Source: Candidatus Moraniibacteriota bacterium (GTDB taxonomy: Bacteria; Patescibacteriota; Minisyncoccia; Moranbacterales; UBA2206). From it: 64,000 nt of DNA. The notes beneath the pieces are model-generated. The model was not told where the DNA came from. It saw only the letters and a program-made list of their open reading frames with translations, and searched no databases. The stretch lies in the NCBI GenBank assembly GCA_030645735.1, contig JAUSNP010000001.1, positions 7,502 through 71,501 on the forward strand, in the 5' to 3' direction. Shown here one piece after another: positions 49,879-59,233 of the stretch. Made by a program: the position numbers and the translations under genes. Numbering within the stretch: position 1 is the first letter of the stretch; each line of letters begins with the position of its first letter.

Positions 49879-49882
49879 TTGA

Positions 49883-50533
49883 ATGAAAGTATTTCTAGAT
49901 TTTGATGATGTTTTGTTTAATACGAAAAAATTTGTAGTTGATTACAAAAAGATCTTCAGATTGCATGGCATAAGTGAAGATGTCTACAAAAAATATTATT
50001 ATGATTATTTGCCAAATAAAAAAAATAGCAAATTAAAAAAATATATATCAGAGCCACATATTGATAAGATAGGCAAAGAGGAGGGAATTGATGTCAGCGC
50101 GCTTAAACAGGACATCGAGGTTTTTTTAGGCACAGCAAGTAAATATGTTTTTTCTGATGTGTATGATTTTCTGGGTTCTTTCAAAAAGAATGACAGCTAT
50201 TTAATATCATACTCAAAAAATAAGTTTTTGGAATCTAAGATAAAAAATTCTGGCGTGGCGAAGTATTTCAAGAAAGTTGTTATGACGGACTCTTTGAAGT
50301 CATTGCCAGTTAGGGATATAATGCGTGAGGATAATATAAAAAAAGATGAGCAGGTGTTTTTTTTGGATGACAGGATAGAGCAGATAGATGATGTAAAAAA
50401 ACATTACAAATGGATAAAAACAGTTTTTATAAATCGTAAAGAAGGCCGCTATCAGAACATCGCCGATGACATGTGTGACTTTGAGTGTAAAAATCTAAAA
50501 CAGGCGAAAAAAATTATCCTAAAAAATTCCTAA
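49883..50533 (+). CDS. HAD-like hydrolase
   Basis: FLDFDDVLFNT, FLDD. Confidence 0.75.
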   Translation: MKVFLDFDDVLFNTKKFVVDYKKIFRLHGISEDVYKKYYYDYLPNKKNSKLKKYISEPHIDKIGKEEGIDVSALKQDIEVFLGTASKYVFSDVYDFLGSFKKNDSYLISYSKNKFLESKIKNSGVAKYFKKVVMTDSLKSLPVRDIMREDNIKKDEQVFFLDDRIEQIDDVKKHYKWIKTVFINRKEGRYQNIADDMCDFECKNLKQAKKIILKNS

Positions 50534-50539
50534 AATTCA

Positions 50540-52003
50540 ATGGAAAATAAAAACCAAAATTCGAAGCCTATTGAAGATAAATTTTTTACCCTTTCGGAAT
50601 TTCGCCATGAGGTGGGAATTCCACTAGTTTTGGCTAAGAAGCTGGTTATTTGGGGTGTAGTCGAGGCGGAAAAGGCTGTGGATGGCACTTTGCGGATTGC
50701 GGGCTCGGAGGTGGCTGTGGCGATGGATCTGTTTGAAAAACCTTGGATCAAGGCCTATTATTTCATTCGTGCTTTGGGTCCTGGACTCATCACAGGCGCT
50801 TCAGACGATGATCCATCTGGGATTGGCACATATTCATCAGTTGGCGCGAAATTCGGTTTGGCCATTTTGTGGATGGCAGCTTGGCTTTTGCCGATGATGA
50901 TGGCCATTCAAGAAGTTTGCGCGCGCATTGGAATTGTGACTAACCGCGGACTAGCTGGAGTTTTGCAAAAACACTATAAGAAAAAAATCGTAGGCGTAGC
51001 AGTGGTGCTTTTGATCGTGGCCAACATTGCCAACATTGGAGCGGACCTTGGGGCGATGGCTGCCTCATTGCAAATGTTGATGCCTATCAATTTTTATGTC
51101 GCCGCGATATTTTTTGCAGCACTGACAATTGTTTTGGAAATTTTTGTCGGCTATCATCTGTATGTGAAAGTTTTGAAATGGCTGACGGTTTCAGTGCTGG
51201 CCTATGTGATAACCGGATTTATTATTCAGCCGGAATGGAAAGAAATTTTTGGTTCAGTTTTTGTGCCACAAATATCATTCAGCAAGGAATATCTCTTTGC
51301 GATGATTGCCGTTTTCGGCACCAGTATCACGCCCTATCTTTTTTTCTGGCAGACTTCGGAAGAAGTTGAAGAAAATAAATTGCATAAAAAATTGCACAAA
51401 TTGTTAGGTAAGAAAGAAGACAATCTAAAAGTTAGAATCGGGAGAATGCGCACAGATGTTGGCACGGGAATGATTTTAGCTAACATCGTTTTTTTCTTCA
51501 TTATTTTGACTACTGCCCAAGTGCTTTTCAAGAATGGCATCACTGACATTGGGTCAGCTGAACAAGCAGCGCTGGCCTTGCGACCGCTGGCAGGTGACTA
51601 TGCCTTTTTGCTTTTTGCCTTCGGCATTATCGGTACGGGACTATTAGCAGTGCCAGTTTTGGCTGGATCAGGCGCCTATGCCTTGTCTGAAATTATGAAT
51701 TGGCGCGAAGGTTTGGAAGAAAAATTTTCACGCGCCAAAGGATTCTATTTGGTCATCACTGTTTCAATTTTAGTTGGCTTGGCTTTGAATTTTTTCCATA
51801 TCAACCCTATCACAGCGCTATATTATTCAGCCTTTTTAAATGGTATAATTGCTTTGCCGCTCTTGATTATTATAATGATTGTAGGGGATGACAAGAAAAT
51901 AATGGGGCGAGAAACCAATCCAATGTGGGTGCGCATATTTGGCTGGCTCTCAATTTTGTTTATGGTGGGCGCAGTAATTGCAACAGGAATTTTGTATTTG
52001 TAA
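50540..52003 (+). CDS. NRAMP-family divalent metal transporter with N-terminal extension
   Basis: GPGLITGASDDDPSGI.TYS, QE..ARIG.VT.RGL, GT.ITPY.FFWQ. Confidence 0.88.
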   Translation: MENKNQNSKPIEDKFFTLSEFRHEVGIPLVLAKKLVIWGVVEAEKAVDGTLRIAGSEVAVAMDLFEKPWIKAYYFIRALGPGLITGASDDDPSGIGTYSSVGAKFGLAILWMAAWLLPMMMAIQEVCARIGIVTNRGLAGVLQKHYKKKIVGVAVVLLIVANIANIGADLGAMAASLQMLMPINFYVAAIFFAALTIVLEIFVGYHLYVKVLKWLTVSVLAYVITGFIIQPEWKEIFGSVFVPQISFSKEYLFAMIAVFGTSITPYLFFWQTSEEVEENKLHKKLHKLLGKKEDNLKVRIGRMRTDVGTGMILANIVFFFIILTTAQVLFKNGITDIGSAEQAALALRPLAGDYAFLLFAFGIIGTGLLAVPVLAGSGAYALSEIMNWREGLEEKFSRAKGFYLVITVSILVGLALNFFHINPITALYYSAFLNGIIALPLLIIIMIVGDDKKIMGRETNPMWVRIFGWLSILFMVGAVIATGILYL

Positions 52004-52065
52004 ACTGTAAAAGATAAGAAGTAAATATTTTTTTATCACTATAATTAATTTTAAAAAATAAATTT

Positions 52066-53895
52066 ATGTGTGGAATTGTTGGATACATTGGGAAACAAAA
52101 GGCCTACCCTGTGCTTATGGACGGTTTGCATCGTTTGGAATATCGTGGCTATGACAGTGCTGGCGTGGCGATTGTGGATGAAAAGAATAATCTTGTCATC
52201 AAGTCAGTCGGTCGCGTGGCCAATTTGGAACAAAAGATTGGAGAGAAGGAAATTTTAGGAACTATTGGAATCGCGCACACGCGTTGGGCGACTCATGGCA
52301 AGCCAAGCGACAGAAATTCTCATCCGCATCAAGATTGCACTGGCAACATCAGCTTGGTGCACAATGGCATCGTGGAAAATTATTTGGATCTTAAGAAAAA
52401 TTTGGAAAAGAAAGGTCACAAATTCAAATCAGAAACTGATAGTGAAGTGATTGCGCATCAGATTGAAGAATTTAATAAAAAACTGGGTTATGAAGAATCA
52501 GTTTTTGAAACTTTGAAAATGATTCACGGAACCTATGGCTTGGCGATTGTAAACAAGCAGGAGCCGGACAAAATCATTGTAGCCAGAAGCGGTAGCCCCT
52601 TGGTGTTGGGAATTGGGGATGGTGAATATATCATTGCTTCAGATGTTTCAGCCATCATTCGACACACTCAGCAAGTTGTTTATCTGGAAGATGGTGAAGT
52701 GGCTATTATTACTAAAGATAATTATGCAGTGAAGACGATTAAAAATAAATCAAAAGATAAGGAAATTACTAATTTGGATTGGTCTTTCGACAAGGCTGAA
52801 AAACAAGGTTATGCCCATTTCATGCTGAAAGAAATTTTTGAACAACCTGCAGCCATCGAAGACGCCATTCGTGGACGACTCATCGTGGAAGAGGGTATGG
52901 CGAGATTGGGCGGTTTGCGAACTGTGGCCAAAGAATTGAAAAAGATTGAAAAAATAATTATTGTTTCTTGCGGAACTTCCTATCATGCCGGACTCATTGG
53001 GGAATATATGTTGGAAGAATATGCGGGCATTCCAGTGGAAGTGGAATATGCTTCGGAATTTCGTTATCGCAAACCCATTATCAATTCCAAAACAGCCGTG
53101 ATTGCGATTTCGCAATCCGGTGAAACGGCTGACACTTTGGCGGCCATTCGTGAAGCCAAAAACAAAGGCGCGCTGACATTGGGTATTGTCAACACTGTTG
53201 GTTCAACTATTGCGCGCGAAACTGATGCAGGCGTGTATAATCACGCGGGTCCAGAGATTGGCGTGGCCTCGACCAAGGCTTTCACTTCGCAATTGAGCAT
53301 TTTTGTTTTATTGACCTTGATGCTGGGTCGGCAAAAAGATATGTCTTTGGTAACTGGGCAACGCATAGCCAGAGAACTTAAAAAAATCCCTAGGCTCATT
53401 GAGGTTATTTTGAAACAAGACAAAGAAATTAAAAGAGTGGCTAAGAAATATGCCAAATATACCGACTTCTTGTATTTAGGGCGAAAATATAATTTCCCAA
53501 TTGCGATTGAGGGTGCTTTGAAAATAAAAGAAATTTCTTATGTGCACGCCGAAGGCTATCCAACAGGTGAAATGAAACACGGTCCAATTGCGCTCATAGA
53601 CAAAGATTTCCCTTCAATTTTCATTGCCACCAAAGACAGTGTCTATGAAAAAACAATTTCTGGTATGCAAGAAATCAAGGCGCGTGGTGGCAAAATCATT
53701 GCCATCGCCACGGAAGGCGACAAGGAAATCGCCAAAATCGCTGATGATGTGATCTATATTCCTAAAACACTGGAGATGTTGACCCCACTCCTATCAGTGG
53801 TGCCATTGCAACTCTTTGCCTATTTTGTCGGGGTCGCTAAAGGCCTCGATGTTGACAAGCCGAGAAATTTAGCCAAATCAGTTACTGTTGAATAG
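52066..53895 (+). CDS. glmS: Glutamine--fructose-6-phosphate transaminase (isomerizing)
   Basis: MCGIVG, LEYRGYDSAG, HTRWATHG, SQSGETADT, PRNLAKSVTVE. Confidence 0.99.
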   Translation: MCGIVGYIGKQKAYPVLMDGLHRLEYRGYDSAGVAIVDEKNNLVIKSVGRVANLEQKIGEKEILGTIGIAHTRWATHGKPSDRNSHPHQDCTGNISLVHNGIVENYLDLKKNLEKKGHKFKSETDSEVIAHQIEEFNKKLGYEESVFETLKMIHGTYGLAIVNKQEPDKIIVARSGSPLVLGIGDGEYIIASDVSAIIRHTQQVVYLEDGEVAIITKDNYAVKTIKNKSKDKEITNLDWSFDKAEKQGYAHFMLKEIFEQPAAIEDAIRGRLIVEEGMARLGGLRTVAKELKKIEKIIIVSCGTSYHAGLIGEYMLEEYAGIPVEVEYASEFRYRKPIINSKTAVIAISQSGETADTLAAIREAKNKGALTLGIVNTVGSTIARETDAGVYNHAGPEIGVASTKAFTSQLSIFVLLTLMLGRQKDMSLVTGQRIARELKKIPRLIEVILKQDKEIKRVAKKYAKYTDFLYLGRKYNFPIAIEGALKIKEISYVHAEGYPTGEMKHGPIALIDKDFPSIFIATKDSVYEKTISGMQEIKARGGKIIAIATEGDKEIAKIADDVIYIPKTLEMLTPLLSVVPLQLFAYFVGVAKGLDVDKPRNLAKSVTVE

Positions 53896-53933
53896 GCGCA
53901 ATACTTTATTTAAGCCAAAAAAAGTACCATCCA

Positions 53934-53962
53934 TTGACAAAACTGATTTTTAGGTGTATACT
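53934..53962 (+). promoter_or_regulatory. Sigma70-type promoter
   Basis: TTGACA, 17 nt, TATACT. Confidence 0.75.
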
Positions 53963-54099
53963 ATAAAATCAGTTCTTTATATTTAAAGTTGCACTTCAAA
54001 ACGGAATCTGGAATATAGCAGAATGGATTTTTTTCAAGAATTTTTTTTGCGATGGCGAAATAATTTCAAGTAGTCAAAGAACTAGCAAGGGAGAAAGAA

Positions 54100-54582
54100 A
54101 TGAATATTCTTGGCAAGAAAACTCCAGTCAAAAAAACTGCTCCAAAAAATATGTATGAGGCAAGCTTAGAGGTCAAATGTAGTATTTTTGAGCACATTGA
54201 TCAAGATCTCATGTTTGCGCCATTTGACTCGACCGTCAAATTGGTGAGTCAACCTTTGCTTATTGCAGTAACGAATTTGGAGCTTGTTACTGCGATAGAA
54301 AAGTGTCAACTGGCTGGCATTAGCCTAGGGCAGTTGGCATGGTTCCTGTTTATTAGCCAAAGGCGCGAGGAACATTTCATGACGCCTGTAGTTGTAGATA
54401 AGGTCCAAGAAGAAGACGGGGAGCGCTCTTTCGTTGATAAAAACGGAAGGAAGCCTCTACTGCGTATGGTGGACTTTAACTGGTGCTCCAGCTACTGGAG
54501 CTTGAGGGTGACGTCTATTGCTGACCCGTTCAAATACGGTGGGTGTAACAGCCGAGTCATCTCCCAGGAGCCTGTAGCTTGA
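54100..54582 (+). CDS. Hypothetical protein with a C-terminus resembling DGR variable-region tails
   Basis: Own promoter and SD (AGGGAG); ends LRMVDFNWCSSYWSLRVTSIADPFKYGGCNSRVIS. Confidence 0.55.
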   Translation: MNILGKKTPVKKTAPKNMYEASLEVKCSIFEHIDQDLMFAPFDSTVKLVSQPLLIAVTNLELVTAIEKCQLAGISLGQLAWFLFISQRREEHFMTPVVVDKVQEEDGERSFVDKNGRKPLLRMVDFNWCSSYWSLRVTSIADPFKYGGCNSRVISQEPVA

Positions 54583-54603
54583 ATTCTAGGCTTTTGGAAG
54601 CTT

Positions 54604-54651
54604 TGGCCCTTTGGAAAATTTCTTCGGAAATATTTCAAAGGGCCATTTTTT
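54604..54651 (+). terminator. Hairpin/terminator
   Basis: TGGCCCTTTG..TTTC-TTCG-GAAA..CAAAGGGCCA-TTTTTT. Confidence 0.8.
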
Positions 54652-54719
54652 ATGCAAAAATTTTGATTTAATTAAGTCTATTTATTAAGATAGTCGATTT
54701 TGTATTTGGGAATGTTGGG

Positions 54720-55616
54720 GTGGGGGAATGGGAGAAAGTTGAGGCGCCTGCGGCAACTGAAAAAATATCAATACTATCCATAGATCCTTCTACAAATGAA
54801 TCGGAAGCTCCTTTGGTGACTATTATTTCCGAGAGAGATGATGATTTCATTTCTTTGACCGATATGGCTAAAAGTAAAAATGCGGAATTTCCAGCAGATG
54901 TGATTAAGAACTGGCTAAAAACTAGATTTACAATAGATTTTATGGGTTTGTGGGAAAAAGTAAACAATGTTAATTTTAAACCCATCGAATTCGATGGGTT
55001 AAGAAAAGGTGCTGGGTTGAATAGTTTCTCTTTGACGCCTAGGCGATGGATAGAAACTGTTGGGGCAGTGGGAATTGTGAACAAGGCTGGTCGTTATGGA
55101 GGGGGCACATTTGCACATAAGGACATTGCTTTTGAATTCGCAATGTGGATTTCGCCCGAATTCAGATTGTATTTAATTAAAGAATTCCAGCGCTTGAAGG
55201 CTGATGAAAATGAAAAGTTGATTTTAGGTTGGGATGCAAGAAGAATGTTGACCAAAATAAATTATAAAATTCATACAGATGCAATAAAAGAGAATATTGT
55301 GGTGCCATCAAAATTATCCAATAAAGAAGCAAATATTGTTTATGCCAATGAAGCTGATGTTTTGAATGTAGCATTGCTTGGGATGACAGCCAAAGAATGG
55401 AAAAGCAAGAATAAAAATAAAGATGGAAATTTAAGAGATTATGCAGATGTGACGCAATTAGTTTGCTTGGCTAATTTAGAGAATCTCAATGCGGAATATA
55501 TCCGAGTCGGGTTGCCACAAAAAGAGCGCCTATTGAAGCTCAACGAAAGCGCAATTTCACAGATGAAGTCCTTAGTAGGGAATGCCAGTATTAAAAAATT
55601 AGAGAATAAAAAGTAA
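54720..55616 (+). CDS. KilA-N domain DNA-binding protein
   Basis: ISLTDMAK, I.NWL...T..F.GLWE, GRYGGGTFAHKDIAFEFAMWISPEF.LYLIKEFQRLK; start uncertain. Confidence 0.9.
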   Translation: MGEWEKVEAPAATEKISILSIDPSTNESEAPLVTIISERDDDFISLTDMAKSKNAEFPADVIKNWLKTRFTIDFMGLWEKVNNVNFKPIEFDGLRKGAGLNSFSLTPRRWIETVGAVGIVNKAGRYGGGTFAHKDIAFEFAMWISPEFRLYLIKEFQRLKADENEKLILGWDARRMLTKINYKIHTDAIKENIVVPSKLSNKEANIVYANEADVLNVALLGMTAKEWKSKNKNKDGNLRDYADVTQLVCLANLENLNAEYIRVGLPQKERLLKLNESAISQMKSLVGNASIKKLENKK

Positions 55617-55725
55617 AAATCTTGTTTTTTTTGGCGGACTTGCGCCAGAATGACATTTACAGTAAAATTTAGACAAAGCTTGAGTCTAAAAATAATTCGC
55701 CAGTTGGGCGGACAAAAATAAAAAA

Positions 55726-56913
55726 ATGAATAAAACAAAAATTTTGGTGATTGGCGGAGTGGTTTTGCTTTTCACAATTGGAGTTGGATATTTCTTGATG
55801 CAGAATTCAAATAAGGAGAGCACAGTGCCTAGCTCAAATGCAATTGTGGGCGACGCTTCTGCGGTGCCAGGGGCTGGCGCAACTTGCAGCAAGCAATATG
55901 AAAATATTTTAGCGCAATATCAACAAAATTTTGACGAATGTCGCTTGAAAGTTGCCAAAGCTACCGATTGCGCCAAGGATCCAAATGCAATATCCAGCGC
56001 CAAACAAAAGAATATTGTAGTGGTGTTTGATTCTTCGGGTAGTATGAACCAAATAGTGGGTGGCAAGAAAAAAATTGATGTGGCTAAAGAAGCCGTATCT
56101 GGTTTTTTGCGAGATATCGACAAAAATACCAATGTATCAATAGTTTTATATGGGCACAAAGGTGGTAACACGCAAGCAAGCAAGAATGTTTCTTGCGCTG
56201 GCATTGACGAAGTGTATTATATCGGGCCAGTGAATGCTGACATCGCCATTTCTAAATTGGCTGGAGCCAAGCCGACAGGTTGGACGCCAATTGCCGCCTC
56301 TTTGCAAAAAGCGAATGATATTTTGAAAAACTATCCAGCTGACAAAAATGACAACATGGTATTGCTAGTTAGTGATGGGGAAGAAACTTGCGGTGGTGAT
56401 CCAGTGGCTAAGGCCAAAGAACTTTTTGGAACTAGCGCAAAAATTGTGACTAATGTGATTGGCTTTGATGTGACAGGACCAGCGGAGCAAAAATTGCAAG
56501 CCATTGCTAGCACGGGTGGAAAATATTTCTCTGTGCACAATGAAGAAGAATTCAAAGCAGCCTTCAAAGAAAATAAGAACTTCTTGGTGGGATTTGATTG
56601 CTATATGGAACAAAGCGGGGTGTGGTTGGACAATCAGCTGAACACGGAATTTATGCGAAATGATTGTATGAATAAATTGGACATGGAAGAGAAGCATGAG
56701 CTTATTCTCAGCGCTAATCTTTTGAATGATGGTGTGACGGCAGATTGCAAAGAGTTTATTTTGTCGGAATATCAAAAAAGATATGATCAAATCAAAAGTG
56801 AGATAGAGCAAAGATATTCCGCTAACAAGAGCGATACAGAGGCGCAAAAGAAAACCCTAGAAGACACGCGCAACAATCTGGACGCTGGCGAAGGCGCTTT
56901 GATTGCAGAATAA
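55726..56913 (+). CDS. Membrane-anchored von Willebrand factor A domain protein
   Basis: MIDAS D.SGSM, G.TPIA, SDG.ETC.GDP. Confidence 0.9.
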   Translation: MNKTKILVIGGVVLLFTIGVGYFLMQNSNKESTVPSSNAIVGDASAVPGAGATCSKQYENILAQYQQNFDECRLKVAKATDCAKDPNAISSAKQKNIVVVFDSSGSMNQIVGGKKKIDVAKEAVSGFLRDIDKNTNVSIVLYGHKGGNTQASKNVSCAGIDEVYYIGPVNADIAISKLAGAKPTGWTPIAASLQKANDILKNYPADKNDNMVLLVSDGEETCGGDPVAKAKELFGTSAKIVTNVIGFDVTGPAEQKLQAIASTGGKYFSVHNEEEFKAAFKENKNFLVGFDCYMEQSGVWLDNQLNTEFMRNDCMNKLDMEEKHELILSANLLNDGVTADCKEFILSEYQKRYDQIKSEIEQRYSANKSDTEAQKKTLEDTRNNLDAGEGALIAE

Positions 56914-56958
56914 AAATTAAACAGGCTAATTAATTTTAATTATTTAAATAAAAAAACA

Positions 56959-57345
56959 ATGAAGAAAAAACTATTCTTCCTGATGGTTATTTCAGGAATG
57001 ATCGTCCTACAGGGGTGCTCAGGTCAAACAGGCGTTACAACTAAAGATGGAAGCGTCAATGTTGGAAAAGATGGCAGCGTGGGTGTGCAAACTCCAGCTG
57101 GTAGTGTGAATGTTGGAAAAGATGGCAGTGTAAATGTAAATGACGGCGGAAAGAATGCGGTGAATGTGGGAGCTGACGGAACAGTTGATGTGAAAACACC
57201 AGATGCAACAGTGAAAGCCAATCCAAATGGATCAGCTACTGTTGACACAAAAGATGCAGCTGTGAAAACAGACGCTTCTGGCGCAACAAGTGTGAAAGCT
57301 GGCGGACAAAACATCAAGGTAGATGGCGGAAATGTTAGTTTCTAG
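56959..57345 (+). CDS. Putative lipoprotein with internal VNVGKDGSV-type repeats
   Basis: Signal peptide with LQGC lipobox; repeated G.V.V..DG. Confidence 0.65.
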   Translation: MKKKLFFLMVISGMIVLQGCSGQTGVTTKDGSVNVGKDGSVGVQTPAGSVNVGKDGSVNVNDGGKNAVNVGADGTVDVKTPDATVKANPNGSATVDTKDAAVKTDASGATSVKAGGQNIKVDGGNVSF

Positions 57346-57366
57346 TTTGTAAACTTACTTGAATAG

Positions 57367-57399
57367 AAAATCTCCGAAGGCTCAACCTTCGGAGATTTT
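57367..57399 (+). terminator. Terminator/palindrome
   Basis: AAAATCTCCGAAGG-ctcaa-CCTTCGGAGATTTT. Confidence 0.85.
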
Positions 57400-57448
57400 G
57401 TTTTTTATTAGCTTGCTAAAACAGTGAATTATCAGTATACTGACCATT

Positions 57449-58468
57449 ATGAATTTACAAAAACTAGAAGCGGTTTTGCAGGCGCAAAACCAGCCAAAAT
57501 TTAGAATAGCCCAAATCAAAAAAGCCATCTTTCAAGAGGGAATTGCAAGTTTTGCTGAAATTTCGACACTTTCAAAGGATTTGCGAGAAGTGTTGGAAAA
57601 AGAAATGCCAATTTTGTCTTTTGAGGTGCAACAAGTGCTGACTTCCAAGGATGGTCAATCGATGAAAGCGCTGTTGAAATTGCGCGATGGCAATTTGATT
57701 GAGGCGGTTTTGATTGCGCCCAAGCCGGGAATTTGGTCAGCTTGTATTTCATGCCAAGTTGGTTGCGCTATGGGTTGCAAGTTTTGCGCCACTGGCAAGA
57801 TTGGGCTCAAACGAAATCTGACCGCTGAAGAAATCACAGATCAAATTTTATTTTGGATTCAGTATCTAAAAACTACTAACCATAAACTATCAACCATCGT
57901 CTATATGGGTATGGGTGAACCATTTTTAAACTGGGAAGAAGTGCGCCAGAGTCTGCATGACCTGACTGATCCGACTTTATTTGGAATTGGTTCGCGTTCA
58001 ATTTCCGTTTCGACTTCCGGCATTCCAGAAGGCATTGAACAGTTGGCTGAGGAATTTCCGCAGGTCAATTTGGCGTTGTCTTTGCATTTTGGTAGCAATG
58101 AAAAAAGAAGCGCGGCTATGCCAGTCAATCGCAAAAATGATCTAGGCGCTTTGAAGGTGGCGTTGCAAAAATATTTCGAAAAAACCAAGCGAAAAGTCTT
58201 TTTAGAATATGTAATGTTGGCTGGAGTAAATGATGATAGCAAAGATGCGGACAATTTGATTGATTTTGTGCGCTCAATTGGCAAGCTGCAACTTTTGCAT
58301 GTAAATCTTATTCGTTACAATGCAACTGACTCAGAGTTCAAATCTTCTTCCAAGGAGCGTACTGTCATGTTTCGGGATTATCTAGAAAAAAATCGCATTG
58401 AAGTCACCATTCGCAAAAGTCTTGGCGAAGAAATTCAAGGTGCGTGTGGTCAACTGGCTGGAAAATAG
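57449..58468 (+). CDS. rlmN: Radical SAM RNA methyltransferase RlmN
   Basis: C.S.QVGCAMGC.FCATG, MGMGEP, STSG, C-terminal ACGQL. Confidence 0.93.
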   Translation: MNLQKLEAVLQAQNQPKFRIAQIKKAIFQEGIASFAEISTLSKDLREVLEKEMPILSFEVQQVLTSKDGQSMKALLKLRDGNLIEAVLIAPKPGIWSACISCQVGCAMGCKFCATGKIGLKRNLTAEEITDQILFWIQYLKTTNHKLSTIVYMGMGEPFLNWEEVRQSLHDLTDPTLFGIGSRSISVSTSGIPEGIEQLAEEFPQVNLALSLHFGSNEKRSAAMPVNRKNDLGALKVALQKYFEKTKRKVFLEYVMLAGVNDDSKDADNLIDFVRSIGKLQLLHVNLIRYNATDSEFKSSSKERTVMFRDYLEKNRIEVTIRKSLGEEIQGACGQLAGK

Positions 58469-58615
58469 ATTTTTGGATTGCAACAATATTGTTTTTTGAA
58501 CAAGGCTGAAGAATTTTTTCTTGAGTCTGTTTTATTTTTGTGCTAAAATAGAATAATTGTGATAAATAATTAACACAAAAATAAAAACTTTTACATCAGA
58601 TGAATTTTAGGAGGA

Positions 58616-59167
58616 GTGATGCAAACTAGGCTTTTGGATTTTTTGGATGAGAACAGCAAAAAGTTGCTCGGGATAGCTGAAGAAAAGGCTACGCCTGAAA
58701 GCAAAAGAAAAATTCAGGTGGATGAAAACGATCGGCTGATAATCAAACTGAATAGTGATGAAAATGACAGAACAATTTTTTCAGATGGTTTTATTAGTGT
58801 TTATTCATCGCTTGGCCTAAGCCCGAAGGAGCGGAGGATTATCAATGAGAATCCAGCTGTTGTTAGAGCGGGTTTTCTGGAGATAATTTCCTTCCACTTG
58901 GAAAGAGTCAATATCAGGACTTCAAAGAAGCCGATTGGTTTTGATTTGGCAGTTGTTGATTCAGAAGAAGTGCAAAAAATGTTAAGTGAAATGATAAAAT
59001 TGGGAAAACGCGGGTATCATTTTTTTAGCAGCTTTCTCATTCCGCTGTATTTGCGCATCAAATTGACCACTGATGACAAAAATCGTCTCATTGACGATTT
59101 GGATAACTTGAAGTTGAGTTTTGCAAGTCTTTTGTGTGTATGCGTTGGTCGTAAGACCAAAGGCTGA
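58616..59167 (+). CDS. Hypothetical protein
   Basis: 183-aa ORF with AGGAGG upstream; no recognisable motif. Confidence 0.55.
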   Translation: MMQTRLLDFLDENSKKLLGIAEEKATPESKRKIQVDENDRLIIKLNSDENDRTIFSDGFISVYSSLGLSPKERRIINENPAVVRAGFLEIISFHLERVNIRTSKKPIGFDLAVVDSEEVQKMLSEMIKLGKRGYHFFSSFLIPLYLRIKLTTDDKNRLIDDLDNLKLSFASLLCVCVGRKTKG

Positions 59168-59190
59168 TTATTTTATCAACAATCAACGGA

Positions 59191-59220
59191 AAAGGGGCTT
59201 CCAAACTTGGCAGCCCCTTT
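59191..59220. terminator. Terminator between convergent genes
   Basis: AAAGGGGCT..CCAA-C-TTGG..AGCCCCTTT. Confidence 0.75.
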
Positions 59221-59233
59221 CAACTTTTTTCGA

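Noticed and set aside
52004-52065. glmS ribozyme
   Set aside because: The spacer is 62 nt and AT-rich, too short and without the core motifs
54720-55616. Prophage marked by KilA-N
   Set aside because: No integrase, structural or replication genes adjacent
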